Below are positions 9,488 to 18,030 of a stretch of 64,000 nt of DNA, one piece after another. The translations under genes were made by a program, and so were the position numbers. Source of the DNA: an uncultured Kordiimonas sp. (GTDB lineage Bacteria; Pseudomonadota; Alphaproteobacteria; Sphingomonadales; Kordiimonadaceae); assembly GCA_965603205.1 (NCBI GenBank), contig CBFDCC010000001.1, positions 294,565-358,564 of the forward strand, read 5' to 3'. Within the stretch, counting starts at the first letter, position 1, and each line of letters begins with the position of its first letter. The notes under the pieces were generated by a model. The model searched no databases and was not told where the DNA came from. It saw nothing but the letters and a program-made list of their open reading frames with translations.

Positions 9488-10813
9488 ATGCCACCTCCTG
9501 TATCATCAGGCCCTTTAACTCCTGAAGCTATTTTAAAAAACGCCGAGCAGGGCGACAAAAATGCACAGTACCGTCTTGCCGGTATTATGATTAGTGCTGG
9601 TCGTGAGGGTGAAGGTGTTGACTGGTTAAAAAAGGCAGCGGCGGCTGGACAAAATGATGCGCGCTATACATTGGCGCTCTTTTTAATGAAGGGTCAATTT
9701 GTTGACCAAAACCCCGATCATGCTTGGCAGATATTAGACGCAGCCGCAGAGGCAGGCCACAGCCCATCCTTGCAAGTGGCGACAGTGCTAACGGCTATGG
9801 GTAGTGGTCAGACGGTGGGTGACTGGGCAGCGGCCATTAAGCGATTAATTGCAGCGGGTGAGGGTGGCGATGTATCGGCACTGCGTAATCTAGCCCTACT
9901 GCTCATACTATCTGATAGTGATGCTCATACAATGATCAAGGACCTGCTACACTGCGCGGCGACACGCGGTGATCTATTTGCGGGTATGGCACTGGTGCGA
10001 CTCCATATAGAAGGCATCTCTGGTATCTCTGGCGAAGAAGCTCGTTTCTGGTGTGACGCAGCCGGACAAGCAGGCTACCCGGTTGCGCATATGTTAACCT
10101 CCAAACTAGGCGCAGCTATCTTAACGAAAGCGCCAGCAGAGGCCGCTATTCCAAAGCTTGATCACGGTGCGTTACTCGGCAGTTTGTCAAATGAGTTCGG
10201 CGGTGATTTGCCAATACGTAAAACCCTGTTAGACAGGCCAAAGGTGCGCAGTGCATCTAAGCTATTACCTACTGTTATTTGTGATTATTTAATCGGCCAA
10301 GCTGCACCTGCCATGCAACAGAGCATGATGATGGACCCTTATAGTCAGCAGTGGATAAAACACCCCAACCGCACGGCATCTATCGCTGAATTTTGGCCTG
10401 AGAGTTTAGACTTATGTTTATACGCTACAGGCGTACGCATGGCGCGGGCTGCAGAGTGGTCTGTAGAAAATAGTGAGATGCTTTGTGTTGTGGCTTATCA
10501 GTCGGGCGAACAGTATCTACCGCATTTTGATTGTATCACAGTAGACGAACCTACGGCGGCTGAGGAATTAAATCGTAGTGGCCAACGTGCCCGCACGGTT
10601 GTGGTGGCCCTTAATGATGATTTCAAGGGTGGTGAGTTGCGTTTTTGTTATGCTGATCATGAGGTTGAACCAGAAGTTGGAACAGCAGTTATCTATGATA
10701 ATATAATAGCTGATGGTGATATAGACGAGCAATCAATGCATGAAACTATACCTGTTGAAGAGGGTATTAAGTGGATTGCCGTTAAAAAAATGCGCGTTGA
10801 TCCATTTCTTTAA
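9488..10813 (+). CDS. Sel1-repeat protein fused to a prolyl-4-hydroxylase-type 2OG-Fe(II) oxygenase domain
   Basis: 441 aa. N-terminal Sel1/TPR-like repeats (AEQGDKNAQYRLAGIM...AAAAGQNDARYTLALF...). The C-terminal domain carries H-x-D (LPHFD), a distal His (SMHETIPV) and a basic residue (KWIAVKKM). The ATG lies 2 nt after the lepA stop. Confidence 0.6.
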   Translation: MPPPVSSGPLTPEAILKNAEQGDKNAQYRLAGIMISAGREGEGVDWLKKAAAAGQNDARYTLALFLMKGQFVDQNPDHAWQILDAAAEAGHSPSLQVATVLTAMGSGQTVGDWAAAIKRLIAAGEGGDVSALRNLALLLILSDSDAHTMIKDLLHCAATRGDLFAGMALVRLHIEGISGISGEEARFWCDAAGQAGYPVAHMLTSKLGAAILTKAPAEAAIPKLDHGALLGSLSNEFGGDLPIRKTLLDRPKVRSASKLLPTVICDYLIGQAAPAMQQSMMMDPYSQQWIKHPNRTASIAEFWPESLDLCLYATGVRMARAAEWSVENSEMLCVVAYQSGEQYLPHFDCITVDEPTAAEELNRSGQRARTVVVALNDDFKGGELRFCYADHEVEPEVGTAVIYDNIIADGDIDEQSMHETIPVEEGIKWIAVKKMRVDPFL

Positions 10814-10904
10814 AAGCTTTGTTTTCTCACATCGCGGCACCATTTTTCTTAATAAAATAGCATTTTGATACTATTTTTCTGTTATTTTCTTTGTTTAGTA
10901 TAAA

Positions 10905-11018
10905 TAAAAGATAAACCACAGTATGATTAAGTCACAGATGCAGATTTCCCTTCTCCCTTTAAATACTGCGTCCAGCGGAACCGTCACTCCCCCCTTATGT
11001 CGGTTCCGCTTTTTATTT
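10905..11018 (+). ncRNA. candidate small RNA (or structured 3' UTR of the lepA operon) with two C/U-rich hairpin loops
   Basis: SL1: GATGCAG (10937-43) / CTGCGTC (10966-72), loop ATTTCCCTTCTCCCTTTAAATA. SL2: AGCGGAACCG (10974-83) / CGGTTCCGCT (11001-10), loop TCACTCCCCCCTTATGT, then TTTTTATTT. The 5' end is a guess from TATAAA at 10899-10904. Confidence 0.3.
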
Positions 11019-11090
11019 CAGCTAATATTGGTTATCATGTGTTATTATTTTATATAGTAGCGTGTTTCGGGCGCGTAAGGGGCTTAGGTA

Positions 11091-11894
11091 ATGAAGTTTA
11101 AACAGGGTCTTTTTCTACTGGTTATTGGTTTAATAATGACTGGCACAACGCCGTTGCAAGCGCAGCAGGATAGAAGCGCTGCGCAACAAACGGCCTTTGA
11201 TTTATACCATGCAATTCGTCAACAAGATCAACCTGAATCGCTGGCGGTGTGGATGCATCGCGCCATTACTATATTTCGCTATGACTGTGAACGCCTAAGA
11301 GAATATCAAATCTATCGCAAAAGCCCCAACATCATTCATATGAAGGTAAAATGTGTAGGTCTGCCTATTTATGGATTAACGGTGGCGTCAAATGGCTATC
11401 TATCAGTTTATGGGGGCAATGGCATGGTCTCAGGGCTGGAAGCTGCTGATGAGCGCATATATAGTTTCCTGCCTGATGGTACACTAGAACCTTATAAGGC
11501 ACCTGAATTAAAGCAATATGTTGATGAAAATATAGCCAGTGATGAAGATATATTCTATATGATTCTCAGCATCGGCTTCGTTGTTCTTGTGATTATAGGT
11601 TTTGCGCTGCTCTGGCTGCGTATTTGGAACAGAGTAGGGCGTAATAGCCGCCAATTCATTGAGATTGAAAGCGAGCTAAAAACAGACATGATTCATGATA
11701 GTGATGAGGTATCAGAAGGCGTTTATAGACACCCTATTGGGCTGTATATTGCCGTTGGGCCAAGGGGGAAAAGGCGCGTTTTCCCAAGTAAATTTACTGC
11801 TTGGATATACAATCATATGGGCTTTAAGTTTAGAGAGCTAACCAGCAGTGCTGCTCTTAATCGTTTTGTGGAAGAGGGAGAATCCCAAGAGTAG
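11091..11894 (+). CDS. hypothetical membrane-anchored protein (signal peptide, one internal TM)
   Basis: 267 aa with signal sequence ...GTTPLQAQQ and TM segment ILSIGFVVLVIIGFALLWL. I recognise no family. Confidence 0.5.
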   Translation: MKFKQGLFLLVIGLIMTGTTPLQAQQDRSAAQQTAFDLYHAIRQQDQPESLAVWMHRAITIFRYDCERLREYQIYRKSPNIIHMKVKCVGLPIYGLTVASNGYLSVYGGNGMVSGLEAADERIYSFLPDGTLEPYKAPELKQYVDENIASDEDIFYMILSIGFVVLVIIGFALLWLRIWNRVGRNSRQFIEIESELKTDMIHDSDEVSEGVYRHPIGLYIAVGPRGKRRVFPSKFTAWIYNHMGFKFRELTSSAALNRFVEEGESQE

Positions 11895-11905
11895 GTCACT
11901 TTTTG

Positions 11906-12118
11906 TTATTTAGACCCCGGAGGATCCCATGTAATGCCCGTTGTTGTTGAGAAAAGATGTGCGCAAAGTGCTATGACAAAAAACATGGCTGTAATCTGTA
12001 TATACATATAGGGTACCAGCGGCGGATTGCCGGGGGTATAATTACGTTCTTTCCAAAAGCCCCAGCCAGCAACGGCGAGCGCGATGATTAGATAAAGTAT
12101 ATTTTCAACATTAGTCAT
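11906..12118 (-). CDS. hypothetical small 2-TM membrane protein
   Basis: 70 aa with two hydrophobic helices. No recognisable family. Confidence 0.4.
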   Translation of the reverse strand: MTNVENILYLIIALAVAGWGFWKERNYTPGNPPLVPYMYIQITAMFFVIALCAHLFSTTTGITWDPPGSK

Positions 12119-12289
12119 CTATTATTATCTTCATAGCGTAGGTTAAATAACAGCAGTTTAGGGTGTATAAATGTTTAGCCAGCCGTTGAACAGCATATTT
12201 AGTTAAATTTTTTGTGACTATGAAAAAGCTTCAAGCTTTGATAGCGTGCAGGCACGTTTGGGACACATTGGGCATTAGGGACATTTATA

Positions 12290-14350
12290 ATGATAAAATC
12301 AACAAAACTATTATCAGGTATCACAGGATTAATCGCAGCAAGTTTAATTGCACTTTCACCTAGTGTGTCTGCTTTGGATACATCCTCAGCACTTATGGAT
12401 TATAGCGATATTTTCGGCCTTGAATATGCAGCAAATCCCCGCATTAGCCCTGATGGCAAACATGTGATCTATGAGCGTCGTAGCCAAGATGTTATGAGCG
12501 ATAGTACCCGCACAAATATTTGGCAGGTGGCGCTAGATGGAACCGATCATCGTCCCCTGTTGTCGGGCAAAGCAAATTACCGTATGCCGCGCTATTCAAA
12601 GGACGGCAAACGCCTAGCCTATATTTCGTCGATTGAAGGTAAAAACCAGCTTTATGTGCGTTGGTTAGACACCGCGCAAACCGCGCGCGTGACCGATTTG
12701 CACTATGCACCAAGTTCCGTATCATGGTCGCCTGATGGTAAATGGTTGGCATTTTCTATGTTTGTAAAAGCCAAGGATAAAACCATATTTAAGGATATGC
12801 CTGCCAAGCCAAAAGGCGCGAAATGGGCAGGAACAGCAAAATATATTGATCGCACGTCTTATCGATCAAACGGCGCTGGTTTCTTGCCGCGTGGATTTAG
12901 TCATATATTTGTCGTACCTGCTGATGGCGGCTCACCGCGACAGATAACCAGTGGTGATTTTCATCATCGCGGCGCGATCAACTGGACGGCTGACAGTGCC
13001 AGCGTGATCATTGCGGCCGACCGTCATAAGGATTGGGAAAATCGCCCAGGTGAGAGTGATCTCTATAGCGTGAATGTAACAACGGGTGCGACTGAAAATC
13101 TTACAAGCCGTGAGGGTCGTGATGGCGGCGCTGTTATTAGTCCTGACGGTTCAAAGATCGCATATGTACGCGTTGAAGAACGCCTGATGCCGAGCCAAAA
13201 TGGCCATTTAATTGTGATGAATTTGGATAGCACTGGTCTTGTTGATCTAACGCCTGATCTGGACCGTAATGTTAGCGGCATTCAATGGGCTGCGGACGGC
13301 AAAGGTTTGTATTTTCAATATGCTAATAACGGTCAGGGGCAAGCTGCCTATGTGAATCTATCAGGTAAGCGCCGTGTTATCACAGGCAAGCTTGGTGGCC
13401 AGTCATTGGGGCGTCCTTATACGTCTGGCGAGTTCCGCGCCCTGAGTGATGGTCGTGTTGTTTTCACTCTGAGTAAAACAGATCGTCCAGCTGATCTGGC
13501 CATTGTTGACCGCATTGGTCGCATCACCCAATTAACCCATTTGAATGAAGACCTACTTGCTCATAAGACACTGGCTGCGGTGAAAGAGATGACGGTTAAG
13601 TCATCGGTTGATGGGCGTGATCTTCATGCGTGGGTGGCAGTGCCTCCGGGATTTGATGCTAGTAAAAAATACCCGCTTATTCTTGAGATTCATGGTGGCC
13701 CTCATACGGCGTATGGCCCTAATTTCACTGCTGAGATTCAATTGATGGCGGCTAAGGGTTATGTCGTTGTTTGGGGTAATCCACGCGGTAGTACCTCCTA
13801 CGGCGAAGAATTTGCTAATCTCATTCAAAATAACTATCCAAGTCAGGATTATAACGATTTGATGGATATGGTTGATGGCGTTATTGGCCAGGGATATGTG
13901 GACAAGGATCAGCTTTATGTCACGGGTGGGTCTGGTGGCGGCGTGCTGACGGCTTGGATCGTTGGTAAAACCGATCGTTTCCGCGCTGCTGTTGTGGCTA
14001 AACCAGTGATCAATTGGATCAGCTTTACGCTGACAGCTGACATGACGGCCTATGCGGCTAAATATTGGTTCCCAGGTAAGCCTTGGGATCATTTTGATCA
14101 TTACTGGAAACGCTCACCACTATCGTTGGTTGGTAATGTAAAAACACCAACAATGCTGCTGACGGGTGAGGTGGATTACCGCACACCGATTAGCGAGACT
14201 GAGCAATATTACCAAGCCTTGAAATTACAAAAGGTCGATACAGCGATGGTGCGTATAGCCAAGGCTAATCACGGCATTGCAAGCCGCCCAAGTAACCTTA
14301 TACAAAAGATAGGTAATATCATGGCGTGGTTCGAGAAGTATAAGAAGTAA
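12290..14350 (+). CDS. S9 family serine peptidase (prolyl oligopeptidase / acylaminoacyl-peptidase type), secreted
   Basis: 686 aa: signal peptide, beta-propeller-like N-terminal half, then a hydrolase domain with the nucleophile motif VTGGSGGG and a C-terminal ...ANHG... region. Confidence 0.85.
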   Translation: MIKSTKLLSGITGLIAASLIALSPSVSALDTSSALMDYSDIFGLEYAANPRISPDGKHVIYERRSQDVMSDSTRTNIWQVALDGTDHRPLLSGKANYRMPRYSKDGKRLAYISSIEGKNQLYVRWLDTAQTARVTDLHYAPSSVSWSPDGKWLAFSMFVKAKDKTIFKDMPAKPKGAKWAGTAKYIDRTSYRSNGAGFLPRGFSHIFVVPADGGSPRQITSGDFHHRGAINWTADSASVIIAADRHKDWENRPGESDLYSVNVTTGATENLTSREGRDGGAVISPDGSKIAYVRVEERLMPSQNGHLIVMNLDSTGLVDLTPDLDRNVSGIQWAADGKGLYFQYANNGQGQAAYVNLSGKRRVITGKLGGQSLGRPYTSGEFRALSDGRVVFTLSKTDRPADLAIVDRIGRITQLTHLNEDLLAHKTLAAVKEMTVKSSVDGRDLHAWVAVPPGFDASKKYPLILEIHGGPHTAYGPNFTAEIQLMAAKGYVVVWGNPRGSTSYGEEFANLIQNNYPSQDYNDLMDMVDGVIGQGYVDKDQLYVTGGSGGGVLTAWIVGKTDRFRAAVVAKPVINWISFTLTADMTAYAAKYWFPGKPWDHFDHYWKRSPLSLVGNVKTPTMLLTGEVDYRTPISETEQYYQALKLQKVDTAMVRIAKANHGIASRPSNLIQKIGNIMAWFEKYKK

Positions 14351-14361
14351 GTTATTGTTAT

Positions 14362-14547
14362 AAGCGCTCACAGCGCCGCGCAGGCTTTTGCAACATAGGT
14401 TGCGCCTCGCGCTCGCTCGGTACACGCTCACAAATGCTCGCTATTATATAGAGAGCGATTAGCGATCGTACCGAACGACCGTGAGGCCGAGCTTATGCGA
14501 GGATAGCCACGAGTGGCGCTTGAACGGTCAGCTATTAATTAAGACCG
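14362..14547. repeat. inverted pair of the ~100-nt intergenic repeat family (diverged left arm, well-conserved right arm)
   Basis: The right arm (about 14455-14547) contains CGTACCGAACGACCGTGAGGCCGAGCTTATGCGAGGATAGCCACGAGTGGCGCTTGAACGG, which matches the reverse complement of 55991-56089 and 56272-56371. The left arm carries the complementary CTCGGTAC (14416-23) opposite GTACCGA (14468-74). Confidence 0.7.
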
Positions 14548-14553
14548 TATCTT

Positions 14554-16242
14554 TTACTCTTGGACGTATATAATCTCGCCGTCAACAATGGTTAGCACCA
14601 CATTGGTGGTTAAGATGTTCGCCTCGGGCATGGTCATAATATCACCAGAAAAGGCGGTGAAATCAGCGCGCTTACCCACAGTGATAGAGCCAAGCTTATC
14701 TTCTTGGAAGGCAGCTTCGGCAGGCCAGATTGTGAACATTTTCAAGGCCTCTTCTCGTGTTACAGCTTCTTCTAGGTGCCAGTTATCTGCGCTGAAACCT
14801 GTCATGTCTTTGCGGGAAACAGCAGCGTAAAACTCGATGCGAGGATCGCCGCGTTCAACAGGGGCGTCAGAGCCGCCAACAACAATCACACCTGAATTGA
14901 TCAGGCTTTTCCACGCGTAGGCACCATATAAGCGGTTATCGCTGAGACGCGCAGGGGCGAAATGCATATCACCAATGGCGTGGGATGGCTGCATGGATGG
15001 GATAACACCCATTTGATTAAAGCGTGGGATATCCTCTGGGTTTATAATCTGTGCATGTTCAATGCGCCAGCGTGGCTCGGCTATTTTGCGGGCCTCAGAT
15101 GGAACCTCAGCAAATATTTTCTGATACCAGTCGAGCACTAAACGGTTACCCATATCACCAATGGCATGGGTATTAATCTGAAGGCCGTCCATTAGCGCGC
15201 GGCGCATAATAGGCAGGGCATCATCTTCTTTCATCATGATTAGGCCGTGCGTATCAGCGTCAGAATATGGCTCGATGAGCGCTGCACCACGTGAACCCAG
15301 TGCGCCATCCATATACATTTTAATAGCACGTGTGACAATGCGACCATTATTGCTGCCGCGAGGACCACTATCAAATAGCTTGCCAGCGTCACCCATATCA
15401 ACAGAGTTATAGACGCGTATTTTCATGATGCCTTCATCGGCTAGGCGTTCCATAATAGGCACCTCAGCCCAAGGCGTCGACATAGAATGTGTGCCCGTCC
15501 ATCCATACTTTGCGTAAACTTCACTGCCTTTTGCTAATGCTTGGGCCCTACGCTCATCTGTCATCGCGGGTAGAAGCGGTGTAATAAGGCTCATCGCAGC
15601 ATCAATCAGCATGCCAGTAGGCTCACCAAGTGCATTTTTAAGGATGTCGCCACCAAAAGGGGCTTTGGTGTCACTTGTTATGCCAGCTGCTTTTAAAGCA
15701 GCAGAGTTGGCAACCATGGCGTGACCGTCAGAACGCTCTAATATAACAGGGATATCACTAATAATCTCATCAAGATCCCAGCGACTAGGGAAGCGCTTTT
15801 CAGGCCAATGTGTTTCAATCCAACCACGCCCGAATACAATATCCTCTTTATAGGTTTTATGCCATTCAACGATTGTTTGTTTTAGCGCCTTGATGGAGAG
15901 AGTGCCTTCTAAATTTAAGGTAAGCTCGCGCTCGCCAACGCCCGCGATATGCGAGTGACCATCAGTAAATCCAGGGTATAGAGAAGCACCAGACAGAGAG
16001 ATGACTGTGGTTGACGTATCCATATAGGCACCAGCACCTAGTTTATTACCAGCGTAAACAATGATACCGTCTTTAACGGCCACAGCCTCTACATTAGGAT
16101 TATTGTCATCGGCAGTATAGATATTGCCTTCCCAGATAATCATGTCGGCCGGCCCCGCAATCGCGTCCTGTGCAGCCGTTGCTGTTGTGAATAGGCCTAT
16201 AGCCATTAAAAGTTTAGTCAGTAAGTTGAGGCGCTTCATCAT
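14554..16242 (-). CDS. secreted metal-dependent amidohydrolase (Amidohydro_3 / YtcJ-like)
   Basis: 562 aa with a signal peptide, the metal motif PGFTDGHSHI, and later ...INTHAIGD... and ...VVGGSDAPVE... Confidence 0.8.
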   Translation of the reverse strand: MMKRLNLLTKLLMAIGLFTTATAAQDAIAGPADMIIWEGNIYTADDNNPNVEAVAVKDGIIVYAGNKLGAGAYMDTSTTVISLSGASLYPGFTDGHSHIAGVGERELTLNLEGTLSIKALKQTIVEWHKTYKEDIVFGRGWIETHWPEKRFPSRWDLDEIISDIPVILERSDGHAMVANSAALKAAGITSDTKAPFGGDILKNALGEPTGMLIDAAMSLITPLLPAMTDERRAQALAKGSEVYAKYGWTGTHSMSTPWAEVPIMERLADEGIMKIRVYNSVDMGDAGKLFDSGPRGSNNGRIVTRAIKMYMDGALGSRGAALIEPYSDADTHGLIMMKEDDALPIMRRALMDGLQINTHAIGDMGNRLVLDWYQKIFAEVPSEARKIAEPRWRIEHAQIINPEDIPRFNQMGVIPSMQPSHAIGDMHFAPARLSDNRLYGAYAWKSLINSGVIVVGGSDAPVERGDPRIEFYAAVSRKDMTGFSADNWHLEEAVTREEALKMFTIWPAEAAFQEDKLGSITVGKRADFTAFSGDIMTMPEANILTTNVVLTIVDGEIIYVQE

Positions 16243-16413
16243 TCTCTCCTGAAATAGTCATCTTATAGGTATCTGGTCATAGGTATCAGGAAAGCGGTAG
16301 CCAATGTCAAGCTTTCGCCTGATGATTATTGGCCTATGGCTATCTGTGAGGTGATATGATATCCAGAAGAAGAGACGTAGTTACCGTTTTTTAAATATAG
16401 GCGATAGAGTCAT

Positions 16414-17688
16414 ATGCGTGGTTATTTTGTACTGCTAACGGTTATGGTTTGGGTGCCAATTGCACTGTTTAAACCGCACGTAGGCATTTTGGTATGGAAC
16501 TGGATTTCCCATATGAACCCTCATGTGGGTGTGGGTAATTTTGTTGAAACATTTCCGCTATTGGACGCTGTGGCGGGTGTGACCATCATTGGTTTGTTTG
16601 TATCAAAAGAGCCTAGACGATTACCAAGTCACCCATTGCTTGTGGCGTTAGTTTTGTATTTTTTATGGGTCGCTATAACAACATTTTTTGCGATGAATAC
16701 CGAGCTTGCTCTACCTAAATATATTGCCCTGATGAAGGTGATGTTATTTTGTTTGATGATTATGATTGTTATGCAGACCCCTAACAGGCTACGTGCCTTT
16801 GTTTGGGTGATGTCGCTCTCGCTTGCCTATACCGCGATTAAAGGCGGGCTTTTCACGCTGGCGACAGGTGGTGGTGCGCGTGTGCAGGGTGCGGGCGGCA
16901 TGATGGAGGATAATAACCAACTTGCGATGGCGTTGGCGATGTTTTTACCCATAGCATTCTATTTCTATAAACATCCGCCCATTGATAAATTACGCTATCC
17001 AATGTTGGGCATGAGTATTTTAACCCTAGCTGCGACAGTGGGGACCCAGTCGCGTGGTGGCCTCGTCGCCCTTGTGGCGGTCATGGGGATGGGCTTTTTA
17101 AAATTAAAGAGCAAATTTAAGATCATGGCTGTGGCGGTGCCAATAGTGATCATTGGCTTTACCTTGTTGCCCGACACATGGAAAAACCGCATGGCAACGA
17201 CAGAAAATGCGGTAGAAGATCAATCCTTTCTAGGGCGGGTAGCTATGTGGAAATTTGGTATGAATGTGGCAGGTGAATACCCTGTAACAGGTGGCGGGTT
17301 TCTGGTGAATTTTGATGAAGAGGCACGGCAAATATTTATGCCAGCTGGTTATAAAGGACGGGCATTCCACTCAATCTATTTTGAGGTTTTGGGCGAGCAT
17401 GGTTATGTGGGCTTGTTACTGTTTTTGACCGTAATGTTTACAGGGTATTACGCTGCAGGTTCTACGGCGAAGGAGCTGAGGCCCTATCCAGATCTACACT
17501 GGCTTGGTGATTTGTCGGGGGCGCTTCAGATCAGCATTGTTGGGTACGCGGTTGGGGGATTAACCGTTAACATCGCAACATTTGACTTTTATTTTCATGT
17601 TATGGCGCTGATTGTGGTCATTAGTGTAGTAAGTGACCGGATGCTAGCGGCGCGTCAAGATATAGCAAAAGGCTTTTCGCCCTATTAG
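16414..17688 (+). CDS. O-antigen ligase / Wzy_C-like polytopic membrane protein (possibly the exosortase-associated O-glycosylation ligase type)
   Basis: 424 aa with about 10 TM segments and an N-terminus (...KPHVGILVWNWISHMNPH...) that resembles that family. Assigned by recollection only. Confidence 0.55.
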   Translation: MRGYFVLLTVMVWVPIALFKPHVGILVWNWISHMNPHVGVGNFVETFPLLDAVAGVTIIGLFVSKEPRRLPSHPLLVALVLYFLWVAITTFFAMNTELALPKYIALMKVMLFCLMIMIVMQTPNRLRAFVWVMSLSLAYTAIKGGLFTLATGGGARVQGAGGMMEDNNQLAMALAMFLPIAFYFYKHPPIDKLRYPMLGMSILTLAATVGTQSRGGLVALVAVMGMGFLKLKSKFKIMAVAVPIVIIGFTLLPDTWKNRMATTENAVEDQSFLGRVAMWKFGMNVAGEYPVTGGGFLVNFDEEARQIFMPAGYKGRAFHSIYFEVLGEHGYVGLLLFLTVMFTGYYAAGSTAKELRPYPDLHWLGDLSGALQISIVGYAVGGLTVNIATFDFYFHVMALIVVISVVSDRMLAARQDIAKGFSPY

Positions 17689-17689
17689 T

Positions 17690-17986
17690 TTATTGATTGT
17701 CTGCGTCATCGTCATTTTTTTGCATGAACTGTAGATTTTGTGGGCCGCGTCTGCGCCTTAGGAATTTCAGGCCGAGTATCACAATCAAAGCGACACCAAT
17801 AATACTCAGCAGCATTATAGCAGCGCCAATTGCCATGGGGCCAATATCATAAGCGCTCCGACAGGTGAGTGCATTATCATCGCAGATAAAAAATCGAAAA
17901 GCCGCGTAAACAACAAGCGACAATAGCATAAGCCCCAGTACTGGTCGGACGGAGGCATAGATGGATTTTTTAGGGTGAGTATTCAT
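17690..17986 (-). CDS. hypothetical small 2-TM protein with an acidic C-terminus
   Basis: 98 aa, same strand as pspF and 44 nt downstream of it. Confidence 0.45.
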   Translation of the reverse strand: MNTHPKKSIYASVRPVLGLMLLSLVVYAAFRFFICDDNALTCRSAYDIGPMAIGAAIMLLSIIGVALIVILGLKFLRRRRGPQNLQFMQKNDDDADNQ

Positions 17987-18030
17987 GTGGGTATTATGGA
18001 CCGCTGCGCGAATGGGCGCAAGCTGGTTTG

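Noticed and set aside
10923-11057. 44-codon ORF overlapping the candidate sRNA.
   Set aside because: It has no SD, and the frame reads straight through a strong intrinsic terminator hairpin and its T-tract. An RNA-level interpretation is more parsimonious.
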